Below, in pieces: positions 21,419 to 30,393 of a stretch of 64,000 nucleotides of DNA. The stretch is from Candidatus Bathyarchaeota archaeon (GTDB taxonomy: Archaea; Thermoproteota; Bathyarchaeia; Bathyarchaeales; Bathycorpusculaceae): positions 64,001 through 128,000 of the forward strand of contig OY970340.1 of assembly GCA_963717465.1 (NCBI GenBank), in the 5' to 3' direction. Every line of letters begins with the position of its first letter. The stretch's first letter is position 1. Under the pieces are notes generated by a model. That model saw only the letters and a program-made list of their open reading frames with translations. It ran no database searches and was not told the DNA's origin. Both the position numbers and the translations under genes were made by a program.

Positions 21419-21892
21419 TTAGCCTGAGCCTCTTCCTTTTTGGTGTTCCTTAAAGACTACCAGCTCGTCAACTACTGGTTCGGCAGCCTCTTTAAACCAT
21501 GCAGCAGCACCTTCACCCTGCATAAGGGTTTTCAATTCTGCCGCAAGATTAGAAGGCTTCACAATAAACAGCCACCCCTTATCATAAGGATCCTCCATGT
21601 ACCCAGCGGCCCCAAGCTTAACAACTACCTCATTCACTTCCAAAATCTCCCCCGAAACTGGAGCAGGAATAGGCCCAGTATACTTGCGAGATTCCAAAAT
21701 CCCCATTTTCTGCTTTTGCGTCACTTTTGTTCCCTTAAATGAGAGCTTTAAATAAAAAACCTCATGAGCCCCCTTTGCTATGATATCATCAAAGCCAATC
21801 CTTACAGTTCCATCAGTTTCCAGCTTAATCCATAAATGGTCTTTACTATAGTATAGCTCTGGTCGAAACTCGAATCCTAAGATATCTGTCAT
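21419..21892 (-). CDS. gcvH: Glycine cleavage H-like lipoyl carrier protein
   Basis: YSKDHLW, VRIG, LESRKY (lipoyl Lys), PVSG.I.EVN, DPY.KGW. Confidence 0.88.
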   Translation of the reverse strand: MTDILGFEFRPELYYSKDHLWIKLETDGTVRIGFDDIIAKGAHEVFYLKLSFKGTKVTQKQKMGILESRKYTGPIPAPVSGEILEVNEVVVKLGAAGYMEDPYDKGWLFIVKPSNLAAELKTLMQGEGAAAWFKEAAEPVVDELVVFKEHQKGRGSG

Positions 21893-21948
21893 TGAAATTA
21901 TCCACTCTTATAGTCTTAATGCGATAAAACAAGAAAAAAAGATAAGGA

Positions 21949-23310
21949 TTAAGTCTCCGCCTCTTTCTCTAACCAACTGGGAACCTTCACTGGAAACTTA
22001 TATACCTCTAAGGCTATTCTGTCCAATTCCTCCAAGTTCGCCAACGGAGTCTGAATATCAACATTACCGCCACCGCCACCGCCTGTCATTCTCAGGCCTT
22101 TCTGTTCAGTACTTGCAGTCCCACGCGCAGATCTTAATAAGCCTTTACGCATCGCTTCTCCACCCATCAACACTTCTTGTGTACCAAATGCAGCAGCCCA
22201 AAGGATTGATTGGTTTTTTGTTTTGTCGCGATTCTCAAACATGCGAATAGCGTCCTCATAAGCCGGGAGACCGACATCAGCACAAAGCCCTCCTCCTATA
22301 TGCTCATCAAAGTATTTAATGAACAACTCAGCGGTCTTTGCGTTGCAAAGTGGAGCAACAAAAGGAGGAATGTCCTTCTCTGTACAGAAATCTAAAATTG
22401 GTCCAAAGTGATAATCATAGGTTCTTGTGAACTCTTCAAAAGTTAAGTAAGCGCCTCCACCATCACAGTAAAACATCATGTTGCCTTTCGGATTCCCCTT
22501 AGTCATCATCGGTGCAGAAACAGTCAGCACTTCGTGTAATCTATCAATCTTCCTACAGACGTATTTCGAAACGGCTTTTAAAGCCAACTCTGCCAGTGGC
22601 GGATTCTTTCGCACATCCATCAAGAATTCTTTTGGTCCTCTAAGAAAAGTAGCAGAAGCAATTGGACCAGTACAGGCAGAACCAAGCGTTGGAAACTCCG
22701 GATTTATCTTACTAATTTGTTTTACAAGCCAGAGATAATATGGGTAATACCCTCTCAGGGCGGGGTCAGGTATGTTATCCATGAAAAATTCCAGCCTTGC
22801 CTTGGCTTCTGCTGGGTCTTTAGTTTGTGCGAAGCCTTCAACAGCCAAAGGCGGTCCATGCTCAACGTTCCTGAATTTACTGGTCAGCACTTCTTCTCCA
22901 AAGCTGACAGCACTGCAAAAGTGATAATCACCAACAAACTTTGAAGTTCTCAGCTCAAAACAAATTAAATGTAGCTCTGGATATTCACGAAAGTCATTGG
23001 CGTGGATTACTGAGGGCGTTTCAGCATAGCTGTCAAGTATCCTTCCATTATAGGCTGCACCTAATGATACACCAAATGGAAGGCGGTCAAGGCCAAGGCT
23101 ATTGAGGTCAGCTGGGGCGTCATCATACCAACATTTCATTATTCTTTCGCGTGGCATCAGTTTCTCCCTTTGAGCCTTCTCCACTGCTTTCTGGTGGCAT
23201 CTCTCAATTATGAGTTCTTCATAACCTGTCCACTCATGAGAAAAACCTGCCGCGTTCCAAGTGCGGGGATATTGCCCCCTGATTTCTACACTATTATAGT
23301 CCTGATTCAT
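21949..23310 (-). CDS. Divergent UroD/MtaA-fold (methylcobamide methyltransferase-like) protein
   Basis: MPRER, PDP...G, GP..SA..LRG..EFLMD...NP, C-terminal TP.ANL. Confidence 0.75.
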   Translation of the reverse strand: MNQDYNSVEIRGQYPRTWNAAGFSHEWTGYEELIIERCHQKAVEKAQREKLMPRERIMKCWYDDAPADLNSLGLDRLPFGVSLGAAYNGRILDSYAETPSVIHANDFREYPELHLICFELRTSKFVGDYHFCSAVSFGEEVLTSKFRNVEHGPPLAVEGFAQTKDPAEAKARLEFFMDNIPDPALRGYYPYYLWLVKQISKINPEFPTLGSACTGPIASATFLRGPKEFLMDVRKNPPLAELALKAVSKYVCRKIDRLHEVLTVSAPMMTKGNPKGNMMFYCDGGGAYLTFEEFTRTYDYHFGPILDFCTEKDIPPFVAPLCNAKTAELFIKYFDEHIGGGLCADVGLPAYEDAIRMFENRDKTKNQSILWAAAFGTQEVLMGGEAMRKGLLRSARGTASTEQKGLRMTGGGGGGNVDIQTPLANLEELDRIALEVYKFPVKVPSWLEKEAET

Positions 23311-23364
23311 TTTTTATACCTCTTTTTATTTTTTTATTTTAATTTAAAAAAACTTGATTTGGTT

Positions 23365-24090
23365 TTAACTACGTTTTTGTCGTTGTTCTTTGAGCACTCT
23401 CATCAGTTCATTGCAGTTGCTCAAACCCGCAGTGATACTGTTGCCATGTGCGTCTGTCCCGTACATTTTAACGTCGGTTTCAAAAGTTGCTTGACCTCCA
23501 GTTATAATTTTCACGTTGTCGCGCATGCCGAGTTTCTTTAGCTCATCAACGGTCTCTTTCATAACTAGCCTTGCCATTCCCATTGAGCAACTTAAAGCTA
23601 TGATATCAGCTTTAGAGTTCCTGGTTTTGTTTACGAATGTTTTGGCAGGGATATCATAACCTAAGTCTATCACTTCATATCCAGCTGCTGCCAAGATGTT
23701 GCCCACCAAGCTTTTTCCTATGTCATGAATGTCTCCTTCAACGGTTCCAATCACTACTTTGCCTGGAGATTCCACTTTTACCATCCTTTTGGCTAATTCA
23801 GGCTTTAAAACTCCAACAGCATTCGTTAGGCATTCAGCTATCATTACAAGCTCTGAGAGCATTACTTCCTTTTCAGGTTGCATTTTTTGCTTTTCGTAAT
23901 CAATTTCACGAGCTACATCATAGATACTTCTGCCGCAAATATCCTTTGTCCATACTAGCAGATGGTTCTCTAGAAGCTCTTGCGGATTGGCTCCTGCCTC
24001 TAAAGCTGCTTTAGTTAATTCAGCTACTTTTATGTCATCCTGTGCATAAAATGCATCCTTGAGGTCTTTTATCGCTATTTCTAAAGCCAT
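23365..24090 (-). CDS. Corrinoid (B12-binding) protein, MtaC/MtbC family
   Basis: GTVEGDIHDIGK (DxHxxG), DLG.DIP, LS, GG. Confidence 0.93.
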   Translation of the reverse strand: MALEIAIKDLKDAFYAQDDIKVAELTKAALEAGANPQELLENHLLVWTKDICGRSIYDVAREIDYEKQKMQPEKEVMLSELVMIAECLTNAVGVLKPELAKRMVKVESPGKVVIGTVEGDIHDIGKSLVGNILAAAGYEVIDLGYDIPAKTFVNKTRNSKADIIALSCSMGMARLVMKETVDELKKLGMRDNVKIITGGQATFETDVKMYGTDAHGNSITAGLSNCNELMRVLKEQRQKRS

Positions 24091-24129
24091 ATTTTTGCCT
24101 CTTTGACAATTACAAGGATTGCATTGTTA

Positions 24130-24157
24130 ATTAATTCTAGTAATTACAAAAATTAAA
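24130..24157 (-). promoter_or_regulatory. Promoter/operator shared with 21264-21291
   Basis: 25/28 identity, upstream of the corrinoid gene. Confidence 0.6.
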
Positions 24158-24295
24158 TACAGGAGAGGGAGCGCGGGTAATATTTTTTCTTTTCTCTTTA
24201 GAAGCGGACGACATGTATTGAATTAGCCTTCGCTTCTTTTTTGAACGATGTAGCTAACACAGCTTTCAGTAGTTCTTTCTATTAATCGCACATCC

Positions 24296-25573
24296 TTAAG
24301 ATCCGAGCGGATAGCTGCAGATCTTCTCATACGTCAATTCTTCATTACGTAGACGGTAGGCAACCTCAAGGTTCTCAAGAGGAGTCATAGCATCGCCAAT
24401 AACCCCAGCGTTTGTCCTATGACCCTTAGTTTGATATTTGCCGAAAACCTTAGCCATCCTAATCAACTCATCGCGAATCTTTTCAACAAGACCATTCAGT
24501 ATTATCTTGGTGTTAGTAGCCGTTATTGCGTAGACTTTGCTATATTTAATAGCTACTGGGTATCCTTGCTCAATCGGCGGATGCTCTTGCATACAACTAA
24601 CAGCTCCTCCTTTATTCTCTTCCAAAATCCTCGCAACTTCATTCATGTATTCAGGGGGAGCAACAGGTGCAATGTATGGCGCAAAACCTTTTCTTGCAGC
24701 ATAAGGAATACTATCACCATAATGAAGTGGCAGTGTCTGCTTAAACTCGTCCAGAGTCATATATGCAGCAGAATCACACCACATTAAGCGGTTACCTTTA
24801 CCGTCTGCACCTATTGATTGTTCAAGAATTTTAGTGGCAGAATCAATTTTTTTATTCTGATAAATCGTAGCGATCTCGAGGGCCAATTCAGCCACTTCAG
24901 GATTCGTACGTAAATCCAGCAAGAATTCATTAACACCCCGAATGAAGCAGGCTGTGGTTATGGCACCAGCGCATGTCGACATCGTTATTGGAAGCACATC
25001 ACCCATTATTTTTTTGCCTTCTGTGCACATCCAATTGTATGATGGTCTTAAACCCCTCAGGTTTGGATCAGGTAGATTATCCATCAGCCATTCTAAATCT
25101 TCCTTATTTTTAGCGAATGGTTCGACAACTAACGGTGGACCATGAGCAATAGAACGAAACTTTCTTGATAGCACTTCTTCCCCAAAGCTGGACGGCGTGA
25201 AAAAGAAATCATCCGCAGGAAATTTCACCATATGGTACATCCTTGCAAGAAAATCCAAGTTTGGAAAGTCCAGCAAGTCTCTGTAAGAAATAGCAGGGGG
25301 ATACGGTGTAGCGAACGATTCGAATATGGGGTTAACAAGACCTCCTGCGCTTGAAGCTTGCCCAAGTACCTGATCATACGGGTCATCAGTGAAAAGAGTT
25401 TTAGTCCATCTTTCGCGCGGCATCATCTTTTGATTCTTTAGTGTATTCAGGATCTTCTCTCGCGCTCTCTCAATCATCAATTCTTCAGTTTCTGTCCAAT
25501 GGTATCTGTAGAGAATATTCCAATTTTTTGGATAATCATTCTCTACTTCTTCAGATTCGAAATTCAGTCTCAT
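24296..25573 (-). CDS. Divergent UroD/MtaA-fold protein, paralog of 21949..23310
   Basis: Shares EELMIER, MPRER, SFGEEVL..KFR...HGPPL, PDP.LRG and TPLENL with the neighbour. Confidence 0.75.
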   Translation of the reverse strand: MRLNFESEEVENDYPKNWNILYRYHWTETEELMIERAREKILNTLKNQKMMPRERWTKTLFTDDPYDQVLGQASSAGGLVNPIFESFATPYPPAISYRDLLDFPNLDFLARMYHMVKFPADDFFFTPSSFGEEVLSRKFRSIAHGPPLVVEPFAKNKEDLEWLMDNLPDPNLRGLRPSYNWMCTEGKKIMGDVLPITMSTCAGAITTACFIRGVNEFLLDLRTNPEVAELALEIATIYQNKKIDSATKILEQSIGADGKGNRLMWCDSAAYMTLDEFKQTLPLHYGDSIPYAARKGFAPYIAPVAPPEYMNEVARILEENKGGAVSCMQEHPPIEQGYPVAIKYSKVYAITATNTKIILNGLVEKIRDELIRMAKVFGKYQTKGHRTNAGVIGDAMTPLENLEVAYRLRNEELTYEKICSYPLGS

Positions 25574-25656
25574 CTTTCAACTTCCCATTCCTTTTTGAAC
25601 ACGCATTAAAGAGAATTGAGCTTTCCTAAGTATCAACCATTCTAGTGTGTGCCTTT

Positions 25657-26622
25657 CTAATTATGACCATTCTCTAATGATAAATCAATATTGCCACATC
25701 GCATGAAAGGAGTAAACACCCAAGAGTTAATCTTGTAATCTGCAGAATAAAACTGCGGTTTTAGATCCGCGTTTAGATAACTATGTAATAAATTTATGTT
25801 TGTTGGCGCAACCGTGCGATCTCTCCACATGTTTTCGAAAATGAATTTAGCCTGAATTACCATCGCTCGATTATTGGTCACGATTGCCTTACTTATATGA
25901 CCATAATTGTCTTTTTCAACTGGAAGAATTAGCTCTCTTCCATCACCTAGTAAAAATGATGGGAGAACTTCGGGATCCGCCTCAATGAATTGCTCTTTGA
26001 AATTTCCGTATTTTATAAGGTTTTTTGCAAACTTTTCTAAAAAGTCCCTATTTGCTCGAGTATTGGCGGAAATTAATCTATATTTTGATCCTTTTTTAAT
26101 CGAGGTTCTTAGAGTTTTATAGAATTTTTCTAAGTCAGGTATTGCCTTCTGCCAATCATTTATCATTATTCTCAATTGCCCAAAATTCTTGTTAGGAAAG
26201 TCATTGATTAGTGAACATACGGTATTCACATTGTCTATGACCGAAAACTTATTAGCTTCCTCTGGAATATTGGGTTCAATCATTTTTAATGATGACATTA
26301 TTGCTTCCTTGCTGCGTTTGAGCAACATGACCTCAGAACTTTTGGACTCTATTAGAAGGTTGATTGCCTTTTCCAAAGAGATAGTGGAGAAAATAGCTGG
26401 ATGACCAAGTGATGAATCGACAAAACCTCTATTCTCTAGATTCTGAAGGTTGCGGTAAACTTGAACTTTGCTAAGTCGTATTGCTTTCGAAATATCCTTG
26501 GCTTTTTGAGGACCTGATCTAGCTAACATAACGTATATTTTTGCTTCTTGTTCTGCCAATCCTAATTCTACAAACTTTGCAACTATTTGATTTGGGTCCA
26601 ATCTTCCTTTGCACCAACTCAA
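25657..26622 (-). CDS. TrmB-family transcriptional regulator
   Basis: LGL.EQEAKIY..L, VYRNLQNLENRGFV, C-terminal PLD-like domain ending FENMW. Confidence 0.88.
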   Translation of the reverse strand: MSWCKGRLDPNQIVAKFVELGLAEQEAKIYVMLARSGPQKAKDISKAIRLSKVQVYRNLQNLENRGFVDSSLGHPAIFSTISLEKAINLLIESKSSEVMLLKRSKEAIMSSLKMIEPNIPEEANKFSVIDNVNTVCSLINDFPNKNFGQLRIMINDWQKAIPDLEKFYKTLRTSIKKGSKYRLISANTRANRDFLEKFAKNLIKYGNFKEQFIEADPEVLPSFLLGDGRELILPVEKDNYGHISKAIVTNNRAMVIQAKFIFENMWRDRTVAPTNINLLHSYLNADLKPQFYSADYKINSWVFTPFMRCGNIDLSLENGHN

Positions 26623-26845
26623 CTTTGATAGTCGAAAGGTCTAAGGCATATAGCACAACTGCTACTTCAAGTTATTACTTAAGCCTTTTCAAAGGCCATT
26701 CGGTCAAACACACCCGCACATCATGAATTGACTCATATTTAATAAAATATCAACAGATTTTAAATTTTTGGTATTTTGACCAATTTTTCTCTTAAAAATT
26801 CTTTGAGCAGCAGAGCAACCATTAAAATTTTAATCTCCCTCAAAA

Positions 26846-28273
26846 TTCTCACCTTTTACTCTCCCTCATCTCTCTAAGACAAGTAAACAGATAATCAACC
26901 AGACAGACAAACAAACAAAAACTGCTTCTTATAAGCGTTCAATGGAGCGCGCTAGTGCTTTTAGATGTTGAAACAAAAAATCTAAACAGGACATAATGAA
27001 AGACAACGAAAAACTTTTATCGATTCAGATTGGCAAGTTTAAATAAAAGTCCACTAATTTGGACATGGAGGTTGGCGTCATCTGATGCCCTCAGTTGCGA
27101 TGTTGTACACACCACTTTCGTCGGCTGTGCGGTGTGATCTTTGCGCTAGAAGATGTGTTATTCCTGAAGGTAAAGTTGGGTTTTGCAATGTGCGAAGAAA
27201 CGTTGACGGTAGATTACTAACAGATATCTATGGCGCTTTAAGTTTACGTTTTATTGATAATATAGAAAAAAAAATGCTATATCATTTTAATCCCGGGTCT
27301 TCTACCTATTCGTTTGGGACAACTTGCTGCAATTTTAGATGTAAATTCTGCATAAACTTTGATTTGAGCGGAGTAAATGAATTTGTTCCAATAGTGAAAA
27401 TGCTGCCATCCGACATTGTGGAAAGCGCCATAAAGAATAACTGCCAAGGGATAAGCTTCACATATAATGAGCCGACCATTTTTTTCGAATACGCTTACGA
27501 TACCGCCAAGCTTGCCCATGAGCAGGGTCTTTATACAACAATAGTTACAAACGGTTATATGACGCCAGAGGCCGTGAAGATTATTTCCCCTTACATGGAT
27601 GCCGTAACTATAAATTTCAAAGGTTCAGGAAACAGTCAGTTTTACAAAGAAATATGCGCAGTATCTAATGTGCAGCCCATATTTGATTGCATTGAAATGT
27701 TTAGAGATAAAAGAGTTCATATCGAAATATCAAATTTAGTTATGCTTGAACATGGTGATTCGGATCAAGAAGTGCATAAACTTGGCAAATGGATATTGGA
27801 TAATTTAGGTCCTGAAACACCGTTGTATTTGCTGTCTTTTATTGATCAGTGTTTAATGGATAATAAGGTAGCTGGAAGGCACTTAATAGATTTATCCAGG
27901 GACATCAGAGGTTTAGGGCTTAAGTACGTATACAACGATTTTGAAAGAAACACCAATTGCCCAAGCTGCGGTGAAACGTTGATTAAGCGAGGAGGGAAAG
28001 TTCCATACTATTTGACATACAACTTGACATCGGATTACGCCTGCCCTAAATGCGGCATAAAACCGCCTATTATCGGCAAGTGCTACTCTGGCAGATTAGC
28101 TCAGCCAATCGAAGCTGAATGGGATGGCTATATATATGACTATGGAGGTTAAGCGCTTGATGGGAATACGCGCACATAAGGATATTTTAGAAACACCCAC
28201 TATCACGCTTTTCTGTTTATTTGTCTTTGATTGTCTGTTTGTTTCAGAGAGATGAGAGAGTAAAAGGTGAGAA
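26846..28273. repeat. Imperfect inverted repeat pair (26846-26898 / 28227-28273) bracketing a radical SAM gene
   Basis: Reverse complement of the left arm, ttgattatctgttt..agagagatgag(gg)agagtaaaaggtgagaa, matches the right arm ttgattgtctgttt..agagagatgagagagtaaaaggtgagaa. Confidence 0.75.
27085..28152 (+). CDS. AmmeMemoRadiSam-type radical SAM enzyme, paralog 2
   Basis: Long blocks identical to 19758..20834; CNFRCKFC; RBS GGAGG. Confidence 0.92.
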   Translation: MPSVAMLYTPLSSAVRCDLCARRCVIPEGKVGFCNVRRNVDGRLLTDIYGALSLRFIDNIEKKMLYHFNPGSSTYSFGTTCCNFRCKFCINFDLSGVNEFVPIVKMLPSDIVESAIKNNCQGISFTYNEPTIFFEYAYDTAKLAHEQGLYTTIVTNGYMTPEAVKIISPYMDAVTINFKGSGNSQFYKEICAVSNVQPIFDCIEMFRDKRVHIEISNLVMLEHGDSDQEVHKLGKWILDNLGPETPLYLLSFIDQCLMDNKVAGRHLIDLSRDIRGLGLKYVYNDFERNTNCPSCGETLIKRGGKVPYYLTYNLTSDYACPKCGIKPPIIGKCYSGRLAQPIEAEWDGYIYDYGG

Positions 28274-28329
28274 ATTACAAGAATTAATTTTTGAGAGAAA
28301 AAAAATTGAAATTTAATCGTAAATAAAGG

Positions 28330-28803
28330 CTAAGGCACTATCGATGCCTTGACAATGGTTACTTTTTGTAACGGTTTGTCTCTTGAGTCTCGTTTGACCA
28401 AAGAAATTTTGTCTACAACGTCCATTCCTGAAAGGACTGTGCCAAAAGCAGGGTGCTTGTCATCTAAGTAACTGTTATCTACTATGTTGATGAAGAATTG
28501 GCTGCTTCCAGTGTTTGGACCTGCATTTGCCATTGAGATTGAGCCTCGATTGTTGCGGTTTGTTTTTGTGAATTCATCTTTGATTTCTGGGATTGACGGA
28601 TCCCCGTAGCCTGTTCCTGTTGGGTCGCCGCCTTGAATCATAAATTTAGGAATAACCCGGTGAAATATAGTGTTGTTGTATGTGCCTTTTTCAACAAGAT
28701 TCTTGAAATTGCCAGTTGTAATAGGCATATCGTTTCGTAATTCAATGGTTATATTGCCCATTGTGGTTTCAAGCAAAACTTTGATTTTAGGTTGACTCGA
28801 CAT
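28330..28803 (-). CDS. Cyclophilin-type peptidyl-prolyl isomerase
   Basis: FHRVIPKFMIQGGDPTGTG, SMANAGPNTGSSQFFI. Confidence 0.97.
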   Translation of the reverse strand: MSSQPKIKVLLETTMGNITIELRNDMPITTGNFKNLVEKGTYNNTIFHRVIPKFMIQGGDPTGTGYGDPSIPEIKDEFTKTNRNNRGSISMANAGPNTGSSQFFINIVDNSYLDDKHPAFGTVLSGMDVVDKISLVKRDSRDKPLQKVTIVKASIVP

Positions 28804-28990
28804 AAATATATCCTTAAGAGAATGAAGGAGTTGAGTATTTCAACTTAATGATTGCAGATAATCACGTTGAAGCGTTCCTGAAGCGATATCACTCTTTAAT
28901 GAGGAATTTATGAACACAAGACTTATTCATTTTAAAATATATTTGTTGTTTACACTTGAGCAAGTTACTGTATTGGCGTGAGTATTCAAA

Positions 28991-29641
28991 ATGGAAAATG
29001 TTGAAAAAATTGCTGATGATCTCTACTTTGTAAAGTATGTTCATCGTATTGGGTCATTCGTTGGGATAACTGTTATCGCGGGTAGTCACACGATAGGTTT
29101 AGTTGATTCGGGTTTCGAGGCAACCGTTGCCGATAACCTGTTTCCTTTCATCAATGAATTGGGGCGTAGTCCAGAAGAGATTGATCTCGTAGTTAACACT
29201 CATAGTGATGTAGATCACGTTCAAGGAAATAAAATAATTAAGGAGAAAACCAAGGCTAAGATAGCTATTCACAATCTCGATGCAAAGGCATCAGAATTTG
29301 TAGATATCAAGCTGAACGATGGAGATCACGTTGAACTGGGTGATAGGAAATTTGAGATTATACATGCCCCAGGTCATACACCTGGAAACATATGCCTCTA
29401 TGAAAAGGAAAACCAACTTTTGATTACTGGAGATTCCCTTTGCGGAGACAGAGTCGATCTCATAAGGATGGGCAAAGACATGTACATAAACTCCATCAAA
29501 AAATTGCTAGAATTAAATGTGCGTCTTTTGATTCAAAGCCATCCTCGAAAACCAATTGAAAAGGCAGTTCTTAGGGGAGATGAACCTCGAAGAATGATGA
29601 TGGCAAGCATTTCTTTTGCAGACAAGTTATCGTCAAAATAG
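28991..29641 (+). CDS. Metallo-beta-lactamase-fold hydrolase
   Basis: THSDVDHVQG, PGHTPG, TGD. Confidence 0.9.
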   Translation: MENVEKIADDLYFVKYVHRIGSFVGITVIAGSHTIGLVDSGFEATVADNLFPFINELGRSPEEIDLVVNTHSDVDHVQGNKIIKEKTKAKIAIHNLDAKASEFVDIKLNDGDHVELGDRKFEIIHAPGHTPGNICLYEKENQLLITGDSLCGDRVDLIRMGKDMYINSIKKLLELNVRLLIQSHPRKPIEKAVLRGDEPRRMMMASISFADKLSSK

Positions 29642-29705
29642 AGAAAATATCAAGCTCTAAATCGAAGATGTTCTTTTGGAATCTTTAGTTTTTGTGATTT
29701 AGCGT

Positions 29706-30359
29706 TTATTTTTTTCCTTCGGTTTTTGCCCAGTCTTCTTTGAATTTCTTTATTCCGCTTTCAGTTAGTGGATGATTCCACATCTTTGCTAAAACGTCGG
29801 CTGGTATTGTTGCAACATGTGCTCCTGCTTTTGCTGCTTCTAGAACGTGAATTGGATGTCTGATGCTTGCAACAATAATTTTTGTTTTAAACCCGTAGTT
29901 CTTGTAAATTTGCATCATGTCTCGAATTAAGTTCATTCCATCTTCGGATATGTCATCTAGTCTTCCAACAAAAGGCGATACGTAGCTTGCACCTGCCTTT
30001 GCTGCAATTAATGCTTGACTTGCACTGAATACTAGCGTTACGTTTGTTTTGATTCCTTTCCCTTCGAGTATTTTTACAGCTTTAATTCCTTCTTGAGTAA
30101 ACGCAACTTTTACAACGATATTTTTTGCCCATTTTGAATATGCTTCTGCCTCGCGAACAATCTCATCGCACGTATCAGCATTTCCTTCAACTGAAATAGG
30201 TCCATTTATTACTTTTGCAATCTCAGCAATTATTTCTTGTTGACTTTTTCCGCCTTCTTTTGCAATAAGTGTTGGATTTGTTGTAACTCCGTCGACAACT
30301 CCAAGTGCAGCTGCTTTCTTAATCTGTTCAACATTTGCAGTATCTAAAAAGAATTCCAT
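29706..30359 (-). CDS. tal: Transaldolase (short TalC/FSA family)
   Basis: FFLDTAN, GVTTNP, VVK, YVSPFVGR (Phe) and ISVE (Glu) favour transaldolase over FSA. Confidence 0.92.
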   Translation of the reverse strand: MEFFLDTANVEQIKKAAALGVVDGVTTNPTLIAKEGGKSQQEIIAEIAKVINGPISVEGNADTCDEIVREAEAYSKWAKNIVVKVAFTQEGIKAVKILEGKGIKTNVTLVFSASQALIAAKAGASYVSPFVGRLDDISEDGMNLIRDMMQIYKNYGFKTKIIVASIRHPIHVLEAAKAGAHVATIPADVLAKMWNHPLTESGIKKFKEDWAKTEGKK

Positions 30360-30393
30360 AATTTCCAGCCTCAATAAACAAACATTAATTTGA

